A stretch of DNA of 64,000 nt from Thelocarpon superellum. Lineage: Eukaryota. Where the stretch lies: positions 62,001 to 126,000 of the forward strand of contig JAPEUG010000004.1 of NCBI GenBank assembly GCA_026025795.1. Reading direction: 5' to 3'. Below are positions 26,340 through 41,596 of the stretch, piece after piece. The translations under genes and the position numbers were made by a program. Below the pieces are notes generated by a model, which did not search any database, had not been told where the DNA came from, and was given only the letters and a program-made list of their open reading frames with translations. Each line of letters opens with the position of its first letter. The stretch's first letter is position 1.

Positions 26340-27682
26340 GGTGGGTGATTCTCAACGCGTTGAGCAACGGCGGGACGGAGAGGAGGATTGGAGCTGCACC
26401 GGCGTCGGACCGGAACAGGCGGTGGAGGACAGATTCGTCGATGGGATCGTCGAACGTCGATGTCCAGCGATATTATCCCTCAGGATTCCTGACCCCAACT
26501 TGCGGAATGGGACGCGAGAGGCCAACGAAAGTATGAGTACTCGTATGCGTTAGGTGAGAAACTGGCCACTACTAAGGAGGCGTGCCTCAGCGGGTGCAGG
26601 AAAGATTCGCCTAAATGCGATTTCAGCAGCGCAGCTTGCACCAGCTAAACCGCGTTCTAACAATAGGGCGCGCTACGTAAGGTACACTCGTACACGGAAA
26701 TCTACCGACCGAGTACGTGCGAAGTACGACGGCGAACTTGATAGAAAGTGGCCGGATCGATAAGAGCGAGTCTTACAACACTGAACGGTGTACAAGCTCT
26801 ATGTTCTCCTGTCCTTCTGGACTCCTATCCGTTTTTCCCCTGGCCCAGCCCCCAGTGGAGACCTGTGGCCTCCTCCTTGTGACCAAGCGATGCGGGTAAT
26901 GACGTCTTGACGCGCGCGACTTCACTCAACGTCCAGCAGCATACGGGCAACTGCACAGCACCCTCTCCATTCTGAAACATCGGATAGGAGGCAAATGCGC
27001 ATCGATAGCACGGTAGGACAAGGTGTAACGTCTTCAGCCTCCAGATGAGCCCATGAACAAGAAGTTGCGAAATACGCTTCAGGCCCTTGGTTCAAGGCAT
27101 GTCGCAGGCGGAACGGCGCGCGGCCTTCTGGCCTACCGACGCCTGGGGCGCCTTGGGATGAGCTGAAGGGAGGTTAGTGGGGCTCGGTAGCGACAGTGGG
27201 GCTCTGGTGCCTGACGAATGGACATAACTAACTAATACGCAATGCAGGGCTCGAACCGCAGAGTACGATTACTACTAGTAGGACTAGTTGATACGGGACG
27301 AGAAGTAACCAAGGGTGACGAGGACGCCGTAGTCGGAGATGACCCGCTTCCCTACCCAGGTGCCAAGCGGTGCCTGTCATGCTAGAGTAGACATCATTGT
27401 GGCTCTCGCCGCACAGCTCCTTTACCTGGGCCTGGAGCTTAGGAGACGCCAACCCTCTCCCACTCGGATCTTAAGCGGCACGTGGAGATCGTGGATGTTT
27501 AGTGGACCCATCGAACATTGTTCCTCCTGTACACCCTTTATCATTCGCTAGCGAACTGCTACTTCACCCTGCAGGTCCAGCCACATCCAAACATTCTCCA
27601 CCACCGTGACTTGGTTGTTGTGATGCCAACTGCGGTCTATCAGATGGCCTCCCACAAGCGGAACCACTCGCATGCCAGCAAA

Positions 27683-29500
<1,818 letters not shown>

Positions 29501-29863
29501 GAGCGTTGTGACTGTACTCCTTCCCGGGACATTTTGCCAATCGTCGCTCACACTCGCGTGCGTCTTCCTCTGCGCTTTCTCGGCCTTTTCCACTTTGATT
29601 CTAGAATGCGCAAGTGGACGAAGCTTCGTCTGGATGCTATATGTGGCGGCTACCGCCATCTAGCACCCTCTCATCTGTCCTTACTAAACCCGCCCTTCCC
29701 ACCCCTGATATAAACCCCATCGTCGCAAGAATCTATCATGGAGCATCCACGCGCAGAGCAAGGGAGGTCTATCCCCAACGCGCGTACCAATAGAATAGAG
29801 AAGACTCACATAGCACAGTCCATCACCGTCCTTGTCCTCAAAGTAAGAACAGCACATCGCAAG

Positions 29864-31034
29864 CTACTGCGTAGTAAGTTCGATATTCTCGATACCCTCC
29901 TCAGCCTTGTCCTTCCACTCCTCACGCCAACGACTCAGTGGCGGCCTCCCCTGCACCAAGTCCCCCGCGCTCCACAGGACGCGCTTCTTGTCTTTTTCCG
30001 CTGTCGTCTCATTATCCGGACACAGCACGTAAAACTGCGACTCTCGCATCTTGCCGTACAGGTACCCTGCTACCTCCGCGGCTGTCCACGCTCCTGCCGG
30101 CTTTGTCGCATCTGGACCGCGCCGAGTCTACGGGGCGATTAGACGGGAGGTTTCGATGGCGGCGGCGGTGGTGAAATGTTCACTCACCATGTTCGTAAAG
30201 GTCCATCCGGGGATCAACAAATGCACGCTCGTCGAGGTGCCGCGGAGGTCGTAGCTCAGATGCTCCGCCAGCGACTTGACGGCTGCTTTGGACGCATTAT
30301 ACGCCGGTGCACCCGGTGGGTTTGTAATACCCTGCTTACCTGAGGTGAGGCCGATGCTTAGTAGGAATAGTCCGTCGATCATCCGGGAGGAGGGGAGGGG
30401 GGGGGGCGCAGGGGATGAAGAGGGGAGAAAACAATGCACGTACTCCCCGTAATGACAATCGACGTTGGCGACGGACCGCGGCCTTTCAAGACGGGAAGAA
30501 AGGCAGCGATACCATTGATGACGCCAAACAGATTGGTCGAGATGACCTGAGCGGACGAAAGCTAGATCAGCCTGAAGCTCCCCGGGAATGGACGGAAAAT
30601 TGTCGATGCAAGCAGCGAGCCAGTTCGAGAAGCCTGCCATGCGCACATACATCATGCCACTGGCTGACGTCCTCCCAGGGACCGCCTCGCGCCACGCCCG
30701 CATTGAGCATCAAGAAATCAACGCCCCCGAACCGGTGCACCACCTGTTCCTTGAGCGTCGTCCAAGCCTCCGTCTTGCTCACGTCCACCTCGCACGGTAC
30801 CACCTGCGGCTCCGTCGCTTCCACCGGGACCGAGGCATTGGTGGCTTCTGCAGGTTCGCTCTTGACGTTTTTCGCCGCGTCGGCCAGCGCGGGCCCGTTA
30901 TGGTCGACCAGCGCGACGTGCATGCCGTGTCGTGCGCACAGTTGCGCCACGGCATAGCCGATGCCGGATGCGCCGCCGGTGATCAGAGCGACGGCACCAG
31001 GCCGGAAGACCGCCGGGCCGCTTGGTGCGCTCAT
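29864..31034 (-). CDS. Short-chain dehydrogenase/reductase (SDR), multi-exon
   Basis: ALITGGASGIG (TGxxxGxG), VDFLMLNAG, ITGSKQGITNPPGAPAYNASKAAVKSLAEHL (YxxxK), HLLIPGWTFT. Confidence 0.92.
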
Positions 31035-31388
31035 GGTTGGAACTTCCTACGTGTATGTAGATCGGATCAGGGATGTTGAGCATACGTAGTCGATGTGGCG
31101 GATGTGGCGGAGGGGGCGGAGCGGTGGGGCGGAGAGAGGTCCGTGTTAGTGGGGCCGCGTAAAGCGCTTATGGTGGGGTGTGGTTTTGTTCGTACAGGTC
31201 TCCGTCACAAAGCGATTGTTCTAATCTCGCCCTGGACCTCAAACTATCCCGTCGTCTTCCGTGGGTAGCGAACCGAATGACGGCTCAAGGTGAGCGGGCA
31301 ATAGCGTACGCTAAGTGAATGTGATTGAGCTTGTGTACTTCGTACAATTGGATGAATGATCGGTCTGAGGCCCCACTGTCGTTGCCCG

Positions 31389-33071
31389 CTAATCATGTAC
31401 CCTCGTCTCCCGCTCTGGCGTTCGATCTAGATAGCTCCCCTCGATGACACCTTCTCCTTCGATGCTGACTTGTCGATTGCGCATATGTCGTCGGATCCTT
31501 TCCTCCCACCTGCTAGCCTCGACGATGGCGCTGAGGTTCTCCGACCAATCGCCCCGGTCCCATTGGATGGGACTGCCGCTGCGAATGTCTCGTCGCCTCA
31601 TCCACCTCCGGCGTGCATCGAGGCTTACATATTCTCGGACACTGCCGGCGGGGGCCGTGAAGCTAGGGTCGAAGGGTCGCGTCTGGCGGCGTGACGGGGT
31701 CTGAGGCTGGGATGTGGGGGAAAGCCGGTCGTCGTATACTCGCATGCTGCGATGGGGCGTCAACGGCGCTGGTGGCGACGGCGTCGGGGAGTAGTGTTGT
31801 GGCGTTTCATCGTCGTCGACCGAAGGCGACGGCGGCGAAGATGAGAGGTGAAAGAGGGGAGACCGCGTGCGATAAGTGTAGAGTCCCTCTCCCATGTCCG
31901 TCCGGGATAGCTCGTCCGGGGGTGAGACTCGGGCTGGGGAAGAGGGGTAGTCCGTCGAGGCCTGAGGCAAGAAGTCATAGCTCGGGACAGAGTCGGCGCG
32001 GGTGTTTCGGGGAATGGGCGACGGAAGCTGAGGGGATGAGACATACGACACGTTGGTCTGATGCGGTGAATACTCAGTGATGGTGGATCGATCATGGACA
32101 TCGTGGGGACGAGGGGGGGAAGATGACGGCTCTTCGACGACCGAGTCATGGAGGAGCCCTCGATACGACGACGTCTGCTCAAGCGGGGCGGGCTCACTAT
32201 CCTGAGAGAAGGTAAGGAGATCGCTGCTGCTTCGCTCTCGGTACCGGCGGGGGTACTGTGCGCCACGTCGAGGCGTGATGGCCCTAGCAATGATTTCCTG
32301 GCCGCTTTCCGGGTCAGAATCCTCGTTGAGGGGCGAGCTCAGCCCCGCATCCTGTGAGGTGGTGAGTGGAGAGCGAGGAAGCGTGAAACCTCGACGCCAC
32401 TGCTGCAGGGCTACGGTCAAGAGATGACGAGTTCGTGTCGGGAGGTGTGCACGACGGTCCAAGTTATGCTCGGCAAAGTACGGTGTCACCCCATGATGTG
32501 GTTCCGTAGCCTGGTGCGTGCCATGGTCGGCTTGGTCGGCCGGGACCGTCACGAAGGTATCGTGCCCATCAAGTGAGTCAGGAGAGGAGGAAGGCCTTGC
32601 CTCGGAGATCTGCATGGAACGGCCAACGACCGTAACGTTTTCTTCGTTCAGGGCAATGCCATTATCCGACTCAAGCAATGGAGATGGCTCGTCAGTCTCT
32701 CGTCCGGACTCTTCATGGCTGGAGTCTATGCCAAGGGGATCTGCATCGTTCTCTGTGCCGTCGTTGGCGTCGGGGATAGCCGCGACACTGGCAAGAATAC
32801 TATCCCAGTACGACCGTGAATGCACAGGCACCGGTCCGCGTGAAATGAGCCCATCATCTTCAAAGATGTCGGGATGCTCGCCTCTGGCCTGATCTCTTGG
32901 CGGACGAATCGTTGCGACGTCACCGGGCTCGTCGCCGACGGCATCCTCGGCGGCGACTGCGGCAAGTGCAGCACGCATCGCACCCTGAGCCCGTCGCAGG
33001 GCAACACGTCGACAGACATGCTCGACGTCTCCCAAGGTCAACGTGATCTCGGAGGGTCGAAGCCGGATCAT
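31389..33071 (-). CDS. Hypothetical 560-aa, largely disordered Ser/Pro-rich protein with a Cdc26-like N-terminal motif
   Basis: Uninterrupted 560-codon ORF from ATG. N-terminus MIRLRPSEITLTLGDVE; many SP/TP sites. Confidence 0.7.
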   Translation of the reverse strand: MIRLRPSEITLTLGDVEHVCRRVALRRAQGAMRAALAAVAAEDAVGDEPGDVATIRPPRDQARGEHPDIFEDDGLISRGPVPVHSRSYWDSILASVAAIPDANDGTENDADPLGIDSSHEESGRETDEPSPLLESDNGIALNEENVTVVGRSMQISEARPSSSPDSLDGHDTFVTVPADQADHGTHQATEPHHGVTPYFAEHNLDRRAHLPTRTRHLLTVALQQWRRGFTLPRSPLTTSQDAGLSSPLNEDSDPESGQEIIARAITPRRGAQYPRRYRERSSSDLLTFSQDSEPAPLEQTSSYRGLLHDSVVEEPSSSPPRPHDVHDRSTITEYSPHQTNVSYVSSPQLPSPIPRNTRADSVPSYDFLPQASTDYPSSPARVSPPDELSRTDMGEGLYTYRTRSPLFHLSSSPPSPSVDDDETPQHYSPTPSPPAPLTPHRSMRVYDDRLSPTSQPQTPSRRQTRPFDPSFTAPAGSVREYVSLDARRRWMRRRDIRSGSPIQWDRGDWSENLSAIVEASRWEERIRRHMRNRQVSIEGEGVIEGSYLDRTPERETRVHD

Positions 33072-34465
33072 GATCGACGCAACGAATATCAGAGGGAAGA
33101 AGGCGAGGGAGACACGGGTCAGTAATGCTAATAGTATGCATCCATGCTATCAAGTGAAGAGCAGTGCGTGTCCAGGGAGTAACAGGAGCTCAGGTGTGCG
33201 GTCGACCGGGACTCGTCCAGAGATGGTAGTCTCCAGCAACCCCATGTTGTGAGCCGCATTCGCGACCGACCGGGGCTCAATGGAGCCGAGGAGGCGTTTG
33301 ACTCCCAAATTTACATGACGATGTGCCGGATCTACAGGGACTTCATGAACGGACAGCTCCGACCCACATGCATCGCAAAGAGAGGGAAGGAGGGGAAGGA
33401 ACGAACAAGGAGGCTCGTGGCCGTGGTAGCTGTTGCGAAACCGACTGCGCAACCTACTCGCAGGCTAATGGCTGCTACTGGCGCCCGCAACGCGCTCGCT
33501 GGGCGCCGAACTGGACAATGAGTGTTCCCACGGGCAAAAGCCGACGGATTTCCCAGCATCACCCTCGCCAGGTCGCTTGCGCCCGCGAGATTTGACCATG
33601 CTGCTAGTGCCCGTTTTCAAGCTTCGTCTACGAGTACGTACTGGTACGGTAGGGAGGACGGGAGTACGGGAGTACGGGAGTACCTGGACCCTCTGCCCAC
33701 TTTAGAGGCTAAGTGGGCGAGGACGAAAGCGAGAGCAAATGATCGCTTTCACCCGGTCGGTAGGCGCATGAAATCTCCTGAAGGGGACTAATGGACCTTA
33801 CGGTTAAGTGGTCGTCGTCCTCGCTCGACCCGGTCAAAGGCCCTTCAATCTGTCCGCTGCCTCCTCCGCCATTTCCGTCTGCGTCTCTCACGGCCTGTGC
33901 GACCAGTGTTGGTCATCCGGCCAGTGTCGTCACTCCTCCACCGTGGTTAGGGCCGCCTGCTCTCCGCGGCGGTGCTTGAACGACGTGACTCGTCCTGGGT
34001 GGCTCGGTCAGGCCTCCGCCGGCGTTGGCTTGCGTCAGCAAATGCCACCGTACCCTCGAGCCCTACCGAGTGCCAAAGCTACGGCTACGCCCTCAAGTTC
34101 TGCCTCTGGTCGGATCTTTATCCGGACGCCAGCTGCTGCGCACTCGTGCTGAGCCCGCTGCGCAAGCTGCTGGACGAGCGGTGGCCTTCACCATTCTCTG
34201 GCTCATGCCAGCTCATCGCATTTCCAGTATTCCGGTCTAACCCGTCCACTCGTTTTGCAACTTTGCCAGTCTCGCCCGCGCTCACATACCTCCCGTCCTC
34301 CCGCACACCCACGATCACGATCCACCGGCCCGCTTCTGCAGCTCCGATTATCCCCTCGGTCCGGACCAGCTGCATGCATACCACCTTCGAGCAGTGCAGG
34401 CCTGGCGGCGTTCATTGTCCTCCGGCCATAGGCTCCCCCATCCATCGCACTCACCTCCGATCGTC

Positions 34466-37144
34466 ATGGAAAACGACTTGAGCCTATCCCAGTCCCTCGG
34501 TGGACTGCGGATCGCCAATCCCGACTATGCCGCACCCTCCTCCCCCCGGGACGACCTCACCGACACCACATCCTCCCCCACCTCACGAACACCCTCCAGC
34601 TCCGACCAACTGTCTCAGTTACAGCTCTCCCTCCCCTTGGCCGGGGCCGCGCCCAATCGAACCCCATCGCCTCGGGGAGTCCCGCCGCACGCTCCTGGCA
34701 TACCCTCGCCGCACCAGCACGAAAGTCAGTCGGATGGAACTGGTCTGCGTGATCGACGGTCCATGCCTCTGAGTCACCAGGCGCAACAGCAACAGCCACA
34801 GCAACAGCCACAGCAACAGCAGTACGCCATAAGTACCCTGCACCCTGGCAGTCCCGACACTTCGACGTCGTCGACCCCGGTCGCCTCGCCGCGGCCCAGC
34901 TCCGCCATTTACCCACAATCCTCCCAGCAGTCGATAATGAACTCGCATACCTACCGCTTACGAAGCGAATCCTCGCGATCTTCCATGACCACGCCTCCGC
35001 GTCGGAGTAGCTCGCGCAGCTCCTCGTCAGTACTCCAAGCTGGTGTGCCGACCCGCGAAGGGAGTCACAGTGACCGATCCTACCGGCAGAGTCGAAACAT
35101 CTCCGCCGGCAACGGTCCCTTACCGCCCCGGCGGAGCTCCCGCGCTTTGAACGGCGCCTTTCTGAAAGACCCGCTCGGATCGCCATCGGCCGCGGCGGCG
35201 GCGCTCGGGTCGGCCTACCCGGCCGAGGCTGGCCCGTTGGCCAGCAGCGAGGAGTGGAAGGATCGTGGTGCGGCAGTGGGCGTACAGCGGGAGATTGACC
35301 GCGACGGCAATCAAATTTCCCGGACCATCAAGAAGGGTGTCAAGGATTTCAACTTTGGGCGAACCCTGGGCGAGGGTTCGTACAGCACCGTCATCGCCGC
35401 CACCGATCGACAGACGCTGCGTGAATATGCCATCAAGGTCCTCGACAAGCGACACATCATCAAGGAGAAGAAGGTCAAATACGTCAACATCGAGAAGGAC
35501 ACGCTGAACCGGCTCACGGACCATCCGGGCGTCGTGCGATTGTACTACACCTTCCAAGACGAGCGCTCCCTGTATTTTGTGCTCGATGTCGCCAGCGGTG
35601 GAGAGCTCTTGGGCGTGTTGAAACGCATGACCACCTTTGACGAAGAGTGTACCCGTTTTTATGGCGCCGAGATCCTCGACACCATCGACTACATGCACTC
35701 ACGCGGCGTCATCCATCGCGATCTGAAACCCGAGAATGTCCTGCTCGACGAGACGATGCATGTCAAGATTACGGACTTTGGCACGGCCAAGATCCTCGAC
35801 CCCCCACGCCCCAGGGCCAAGGATGGCTTGAGCGACCCGAAGATCCCTCTGACAAGCGATCTGCTCGACACCAACGAGGCCAACCGCGCCAACTCCTTTG
35901 TCGGCACTGCCGAGTACGTGAGCCCGGAGCTGCTGCGGGAGAAGAATGCATGCAAGGCCAGTGACCTGTGGGCCTTTGGATGTATCATCTTCCAGCTCCT
36001 GGCGGGTCGGCCCCCCTTCAAGGCGGGCAACGAGTATCTCACCTTCCAAAAGATCTGCGCCCTCGAGTACGACTTTCCCTATGGCTTCCCACCCATCGCA
36101 CGCGACCTGGTGGAGCGATTATTGGTCCTGGAGCCGGAGAAGCGATTGCCCATCGAGCACATCAAGAATCACGAGTTCTTCGATGGCATTCGATGGGGCC
36201 GAGGTCTATGGAAGCAGAAACCCCCTCGGCTACGGGCCTACATCCCACCCACGGCAGAGCCCAGCGTTATCAAGCTGAACGGCCAATCCAACGATGCGTC
36301 GCCGCCCAGCATCCCCAAAGCCCCCACAAGCGGCCCCCGGAGCGGCCATGCCAACGGCGCGCCCCGGCCGCAACCACGTATCGTGACGGAAGTGCCACCG
36401 CCGAGTCAACTGGACATCGAATGGTCGCCAGTGTTGACGGGAAATAACGAGCGTATCTTGAAGATTGGCGACCAGAACGTGCACGCCTCGACCCCATCTC
36501 ACAGCCCATCATCAAAGAATGGGCTCAACGGCGAGGCAAATCCCGAGCCCCCCAAGAAATTCTCACGCTTCTTCGGCGGCAGTACGATGAAGAAGCGGCA
36601 GCGACTGGTCATGATCACGTCGACGGCGCGGATCATGATGGCGGCCGCTGGGGGAGAGGAGAAGAAGACCAAGACAGAAGTCTCCCTGCTGGCACCCGGG
36701 ACGACGTGGAGGATCTCTCGAGACGCCAAGGGTCTGGCGACGTGGTGTGTGCAGACGGTAGGTGGTGAAATGCGGATGGGGGTGAGGAGTGATGCTGACG
36801 GTCTATAGCCCGACAAAGTGTACACGTTTGAAGAAGCCAAGGTGTCAGCGAAAGAGCCAGAGGTCGCCATGACCGCGGCGCAAGAGTGGATCGACACGAT
36901 CGATCGCGCCAAGGAGATCGCAACGTCACAGTCCCAAGCGAATTCATATTCAGGCGACGACGCATTTCGAGACCTGAATGCCGCTTTTTCCTCCCCCTCA
37001 CGCACCCCCGGCTTCGAGTCCAGCTCGACCATTGACGATATGAACGGCCTCGTCGGAGCACATGACCTCCCCTTGGAGCCTCCCAAGGCCCGAAAACGAT
37101 TTAGCAAGCGGCAATCAAAGAGTGGACTGACCGCTGTGTTTTGA
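34466..37144 (+). CDS. ksg1: PDK1-family Ser/Thr kinase (Pkh1/2, Ksg1 orthologue) with C-terminal PH-like region
   Basis: DFNFGRTLGEGSYSTV, YAIKVLDKRHIIKEKKVKYVNIEK, HRDLKPEN, ITDFGTAK, RANSFVGTAEYVSPELL, KRQRLVMIT. Intron at 36758-36808. Confidence 0.95.
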
Positions 37145-38140
37145 GTACCTTTCCCACGCCTGCACTGTCTATCTTTCTTGTATCCAAGCCCGGCCCCTTC
37201 CATTACATGGCTGCATTGCGTGAGCCAGTGTTGTGTGAGAGTTCGAAGTGTACGGCCTGTGTCCACTCGCTCATCCCTCGTCAGTCTCCCTCTTGGCTTC
37301 GCTTTCTTACGCACTCGTGCACGCTTGCATACAAGACTTACACGCATTATGGCATTAGTTCGGGGGGGTGGGGGTGGGGATTAGTAGCTCTAATAGCACT
37401 TGCACGTGCACTTGCATAGCGCTTACACTGCACGGTACTGCTCAGATACGGTCCCGATGTGAAACGGACAGAGAGGGGATTGGCATGGAGCGAGGGCGTT
37501 GGAGACGAGATGAGTTCGCTTCGTTTGTGGGTACATCGATCTCTTTCGACCGAGAAGATGATGATGATACATTCGCACTTATTGTCCCGCTAAGTTGAAC
37601 TGAATTGAACTGAGTCGAAGTGAGATGAACTGGAACGAGACGAAGCGAGTATAGAGATTGCAAATGCATTACGTAGAGACCTGTCCGGAAGGGGATGAGA
37701 CAGTTTACCCTGCAGGGCTCCATGACATATCTCCGTTCTGTACCGTCCAAAAAACCAATCATACCAAGAGGATAGGAACGACTGTCTTCTCTTGTCATAA
37801 TATTGACTTTCGAAGGTCGTCAGAACCAGAAGAGGCCGGTAAGTCATCGGCATTTATTATACACATCCTAGGTTCAAGGATCCCTCCGTCTCCTAAATGA
37901 CACCACACGTTCATTACGACGACTTACGCTTGAACCACCGGAAGATGCAGGGAGACATCCTCGACAGCTTGAAAGTAGCTAGGATGCAATGCTACTCACA
38001 GGAAAGCGCAAGACGCCAACGCAATGCACTGTGTTGTACCAAAAGGACTCAGAGCCGAACGAAGCGATAGGGAACTCCGGGAAAAGACTCCAGGAGAAAT
38101 GCGGTGCTACGTTGGTCACGGTCAGAATCAAATACTCGCT

Positions 38141-38173
<33 letters not shown>
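38141..38173. repeat. (GTC)n trinucleotide microsatellite
   Basis: About 11 consecutive GTC units in intergenic DNA. Confidence 0.9.
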
Positions 38174-38175
<2 letters not shown>

Positions 38176-41100
38176 TGTGCCCCTGCGGGATGAGAGGTCC
38201 GAGGTGGAGGACGCGGAAAAGGGAAAAGATGTGAGAGAGGGCCAGAAGAAAGTCAGAGGCGGCGCTCGTGGTCGGCAAAGGGATGGCAGTGACAGACGCG
38301 ATGGGGACACAGGGGGACTGCTGGCGCTAAGGATTGGCATCGGGAGGGCCTTAGACTCATAGGGGGCCGGAGGCCAATGTCTTGGAGTGCGCGAGCACAC
38401 GAACACTTCTTTGAGAGCGGATGGAGAGACAAACAGGAGGAGACTGCCGGTACACTGTGTGCGAGCATTATCAATTACACTCGTTACGCAGCTACCTGAC
38501 TAGCCCCCAAGCCCTAGGCCGACCGGTCTTTCGTTACCTGATAAGAGAAAAGGTCATGACGAGATGCCCTAGACGTGGTACGTCTAGTAGAGGCACTCCG
38601 TCGCGAAGTCGAAAAGCGCCGTATAGATCGCACCCAAGGCCAAGGGCTTCCCAGGAGAAAGAACGAGGACAAGCCCCCAGATAAAGCGGAAGCCAGGAAG
38701 TGCATGTTGAGGGCATGTGATCCGAGGGACGGGTCAGGTGCCGGTATCATGTCCCGTGGGTGGCGGGCGATCGCTAGGAGGTCTGTTGTGTTTGGGACGA
38801 TTGTGTACACATCCTCTGTTCCACGAGTGAGGCTTTTTAGTGGCAGTGACATTGTGAGCGCAGAATCTCACACATTCTAGCAGTGGAATCTTTAGCATCG
38901 CCCGTAGTCGAAGAAGGTACACCTCGACCTGGCAGCGTGTCACTCTGCTTTCGTCCATGCTTAATGCTGTCGTTGATCATAACGGAAGCGATGTCGCGCA
39001 GATGACTAGGGAAGCTACTGCTCAAAACGCCCTGGGGTCCTCAACGTCTTTTACGTTGGGCGGGCCAGTTCGATACTTCATGACGCCTTCCAGCGCGACT
39101 GATATGTCCGGATGCGTCCAGTCGTGAACGGAAATAGTCCTTGGGAGCCATGGCATCACGACGCACATGTAGGGCGAGAGAAGAGGGAGTGGATCGCCAG
39201 AGCCGTGCGTCGACTCGTCCCAGCAAAATTGCAGATAAGAAGGGCGCGAAGGAGAGCATTCCGGGTCGGATCTCTTCAATTGCCTCGGGCGCAACACAGG
39301 CAGATTACAAGGTCATAGAAAGCTCGACCGTCACTGGGAAAGCTCCCCATGGTATTCTTCCGCGGAGGGAACTATGATAGGAAGGTAGACGGCTCTGGTC
39401 GACCTGTATGACGGACTCAATCAGTCCCTATGAGAATCGGGCATTGACGTTGGCTTCGCGAGGGACAGATCTTGAGCGGCGGTGGTTAAAGTATACCCCA
39501 TGCGAGAGTGATGGGAGCGGTCGTAAGACCAGGCGGGCCATGTAACGCGTGGTAGGTCGGTTGCAGAATGGCTTTTCTACGTAGCTCGTGGCCACAGACG
39601 ACGCTGCATCGTCCTTTCAGACGTTGGTAGACACCCTTTCTTGCAATAACCTGCTCGCGTGACAGAGCGCATCCTGCTGCAGCTGCAGGATGCGTGATCA
39701 TGGTAGTTGCAGAGACAAAAAGCAGTCGCCCGCACTGTCGCATGTCATATGTAGTTGGTCTATGATGGAACGCATCATTCTCGTCGCTTCTTGCCGAGAC
39801 ATGCGTGCTCCACCGCTATAACGCAGCTACTTAGTCCAAGACTTTGATAAGTGACCCCAAATCTGCAGAAACACCCAGCATGGACGGTAGGAATGCTGGG
39901 TGGACTACTTGCACAGAGCAGGGATTGAGCAGAACCGACCCTATCACTAAGCTACGCGGTGGTTGGGAGGAGAGTGAACGAGAGACAAGTGGAGGAGCGG
40001 GGGCGGGGTGGATCGGCGACGCGAGAACAATGGCGACATGTGCGAGCGAGCGAGTCCGACACACACACTCGCGCATACAAGCAATGGGAATCGGACTTAC
40101 TGGTCCCAAGACTGGCCATTGTTCGTCATTCGCCAGCACTAGCACCACGAACTTGCTACGCCCGATTGCAATCAGGCATGTAGCGGTCCTTGGTACTTGG
40201 CGGACTGAGGACGTCGGGCGTCGGCCGCGAGTACGGGACAAATCGTCGGCGCGGTTGCCGTGAACGAGTCGAGTCGGAAGTCCCCCGAGGTATAGTCATC
40301 GGATCTTGGAGTGGGAAATGCAGTACTCGTACGAGCGCTAGTTATAGCAGGCTGTAAAAGAGGCCGTGAAGGACCGACTACTGTGCAGTAGTCCTGCAGA
40401 TACTTTGATGCCGTCGAACGACTGCGTGCCACGCTACATTGACCTGCTTTGTGGGTACTAGGGCGGGGAGGACGCTCTGGACCCATCACCTCTTTGTGTC
40501 GACGCCGCACTCGTACAGGTGCTCGCTCGTTCTCGTACATCCACCGGCCGAGCAGCATCACTCGTGCAGACCCCGAAGCTTCGGCCGCGTCGGCTGCTCT
40601 GGCCACCTCGACGTAGCAAGCGTTCTCGGACAGACGGATGGCATGGTGCTGGAGGATGCGACGACGACCAACGAGCACAGTAAGGTATGGTCTAGCATTG
40701 TCCTAATACGCCCTCCTTCACTGGTCGGTGCGCTCGTGTTGATGCACAGAGGTGCATTCTGCATTCTGCACTCTGCACTATCGTGCATCGAGCTGCGTCA
40801 ACAGCTACGAGTTCGTATCGCGAGGGTTTCCTACTATGGTAGTTTCGTCATTAGTCCTCCACCGCCAAGGGCTGAGCCCACCGCCGCCGATGGTTGTGCC
40901 CTCCCACACGAGCGGGGGAGGCACGAGCAGGCCGTTCCCGCTAGTCAGTGCTCGACATGGACTTAACTATCCGCTTCCATCTTATCAATTGGCGCTGTTG
41001 GCGTTCGCACGTCGCTCGCCAAGACGGATTGTTCTTTCCCGCCCGTCGACGAATCTTCTGACGAGCTATGACACCTTCGGCAAATGCCTCCAACTCCCAC

Positions 41101-41596
41101 GGCCCCACGGCCCCACGGCCCCGCGGCGAGGACTCTATTCTGGGCGCATGGAAGCGCTCGTGATTCTCCCACTATTTGCGCTCTGTGCCTCATACTTAGA
41201 CAGATACATCTAGTCGTGCGCTGCAGATCCTCTCTATCGCCAAAATCAGATCGGCCCAGACGCAAACGAACGGAGCCAAAGCAGTGCGCATTAGACAGAG
41301 GTGAGAAAGAAAAAGAGTACAGCATCGGCACTGAATAACAGGCGCTTGACGAATCTCGCGCCGGTGCCGGCAAAGGCTAAGCGAACCGTCGCCATCCAAC
41401 CGGAAGGCTGAGGCCAATCTGGCGGTGAAGGAAGCGATAGCGTCGTACATGCTCGCCCCAACCTCTCGGCTTTACCCAAAAACATCGTCGCACATCATTC
41501 GTCGGCTCATGATTAGAGCGTTGGGGGAAATCGAAAAGCGGAGTGCGGAACGCGGACGCGGAACGCGGATGCGGAACGCGGAACAGAAATCGACCG

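Noticed and set aside
38562..38597. Short hairpin CTAGACGT-GGT-ACGTCTAG with an imperfect outer stem
   Set aside because: An 8-bp stem is within chance expectation for 64 kb.
37979..39377. Several 60-110 aa minus-strand ORFs that might be a decayed gene
   Set aside because: I found no recognisable motif or consistent exon chain, so a call cannot be supported without a homology search.
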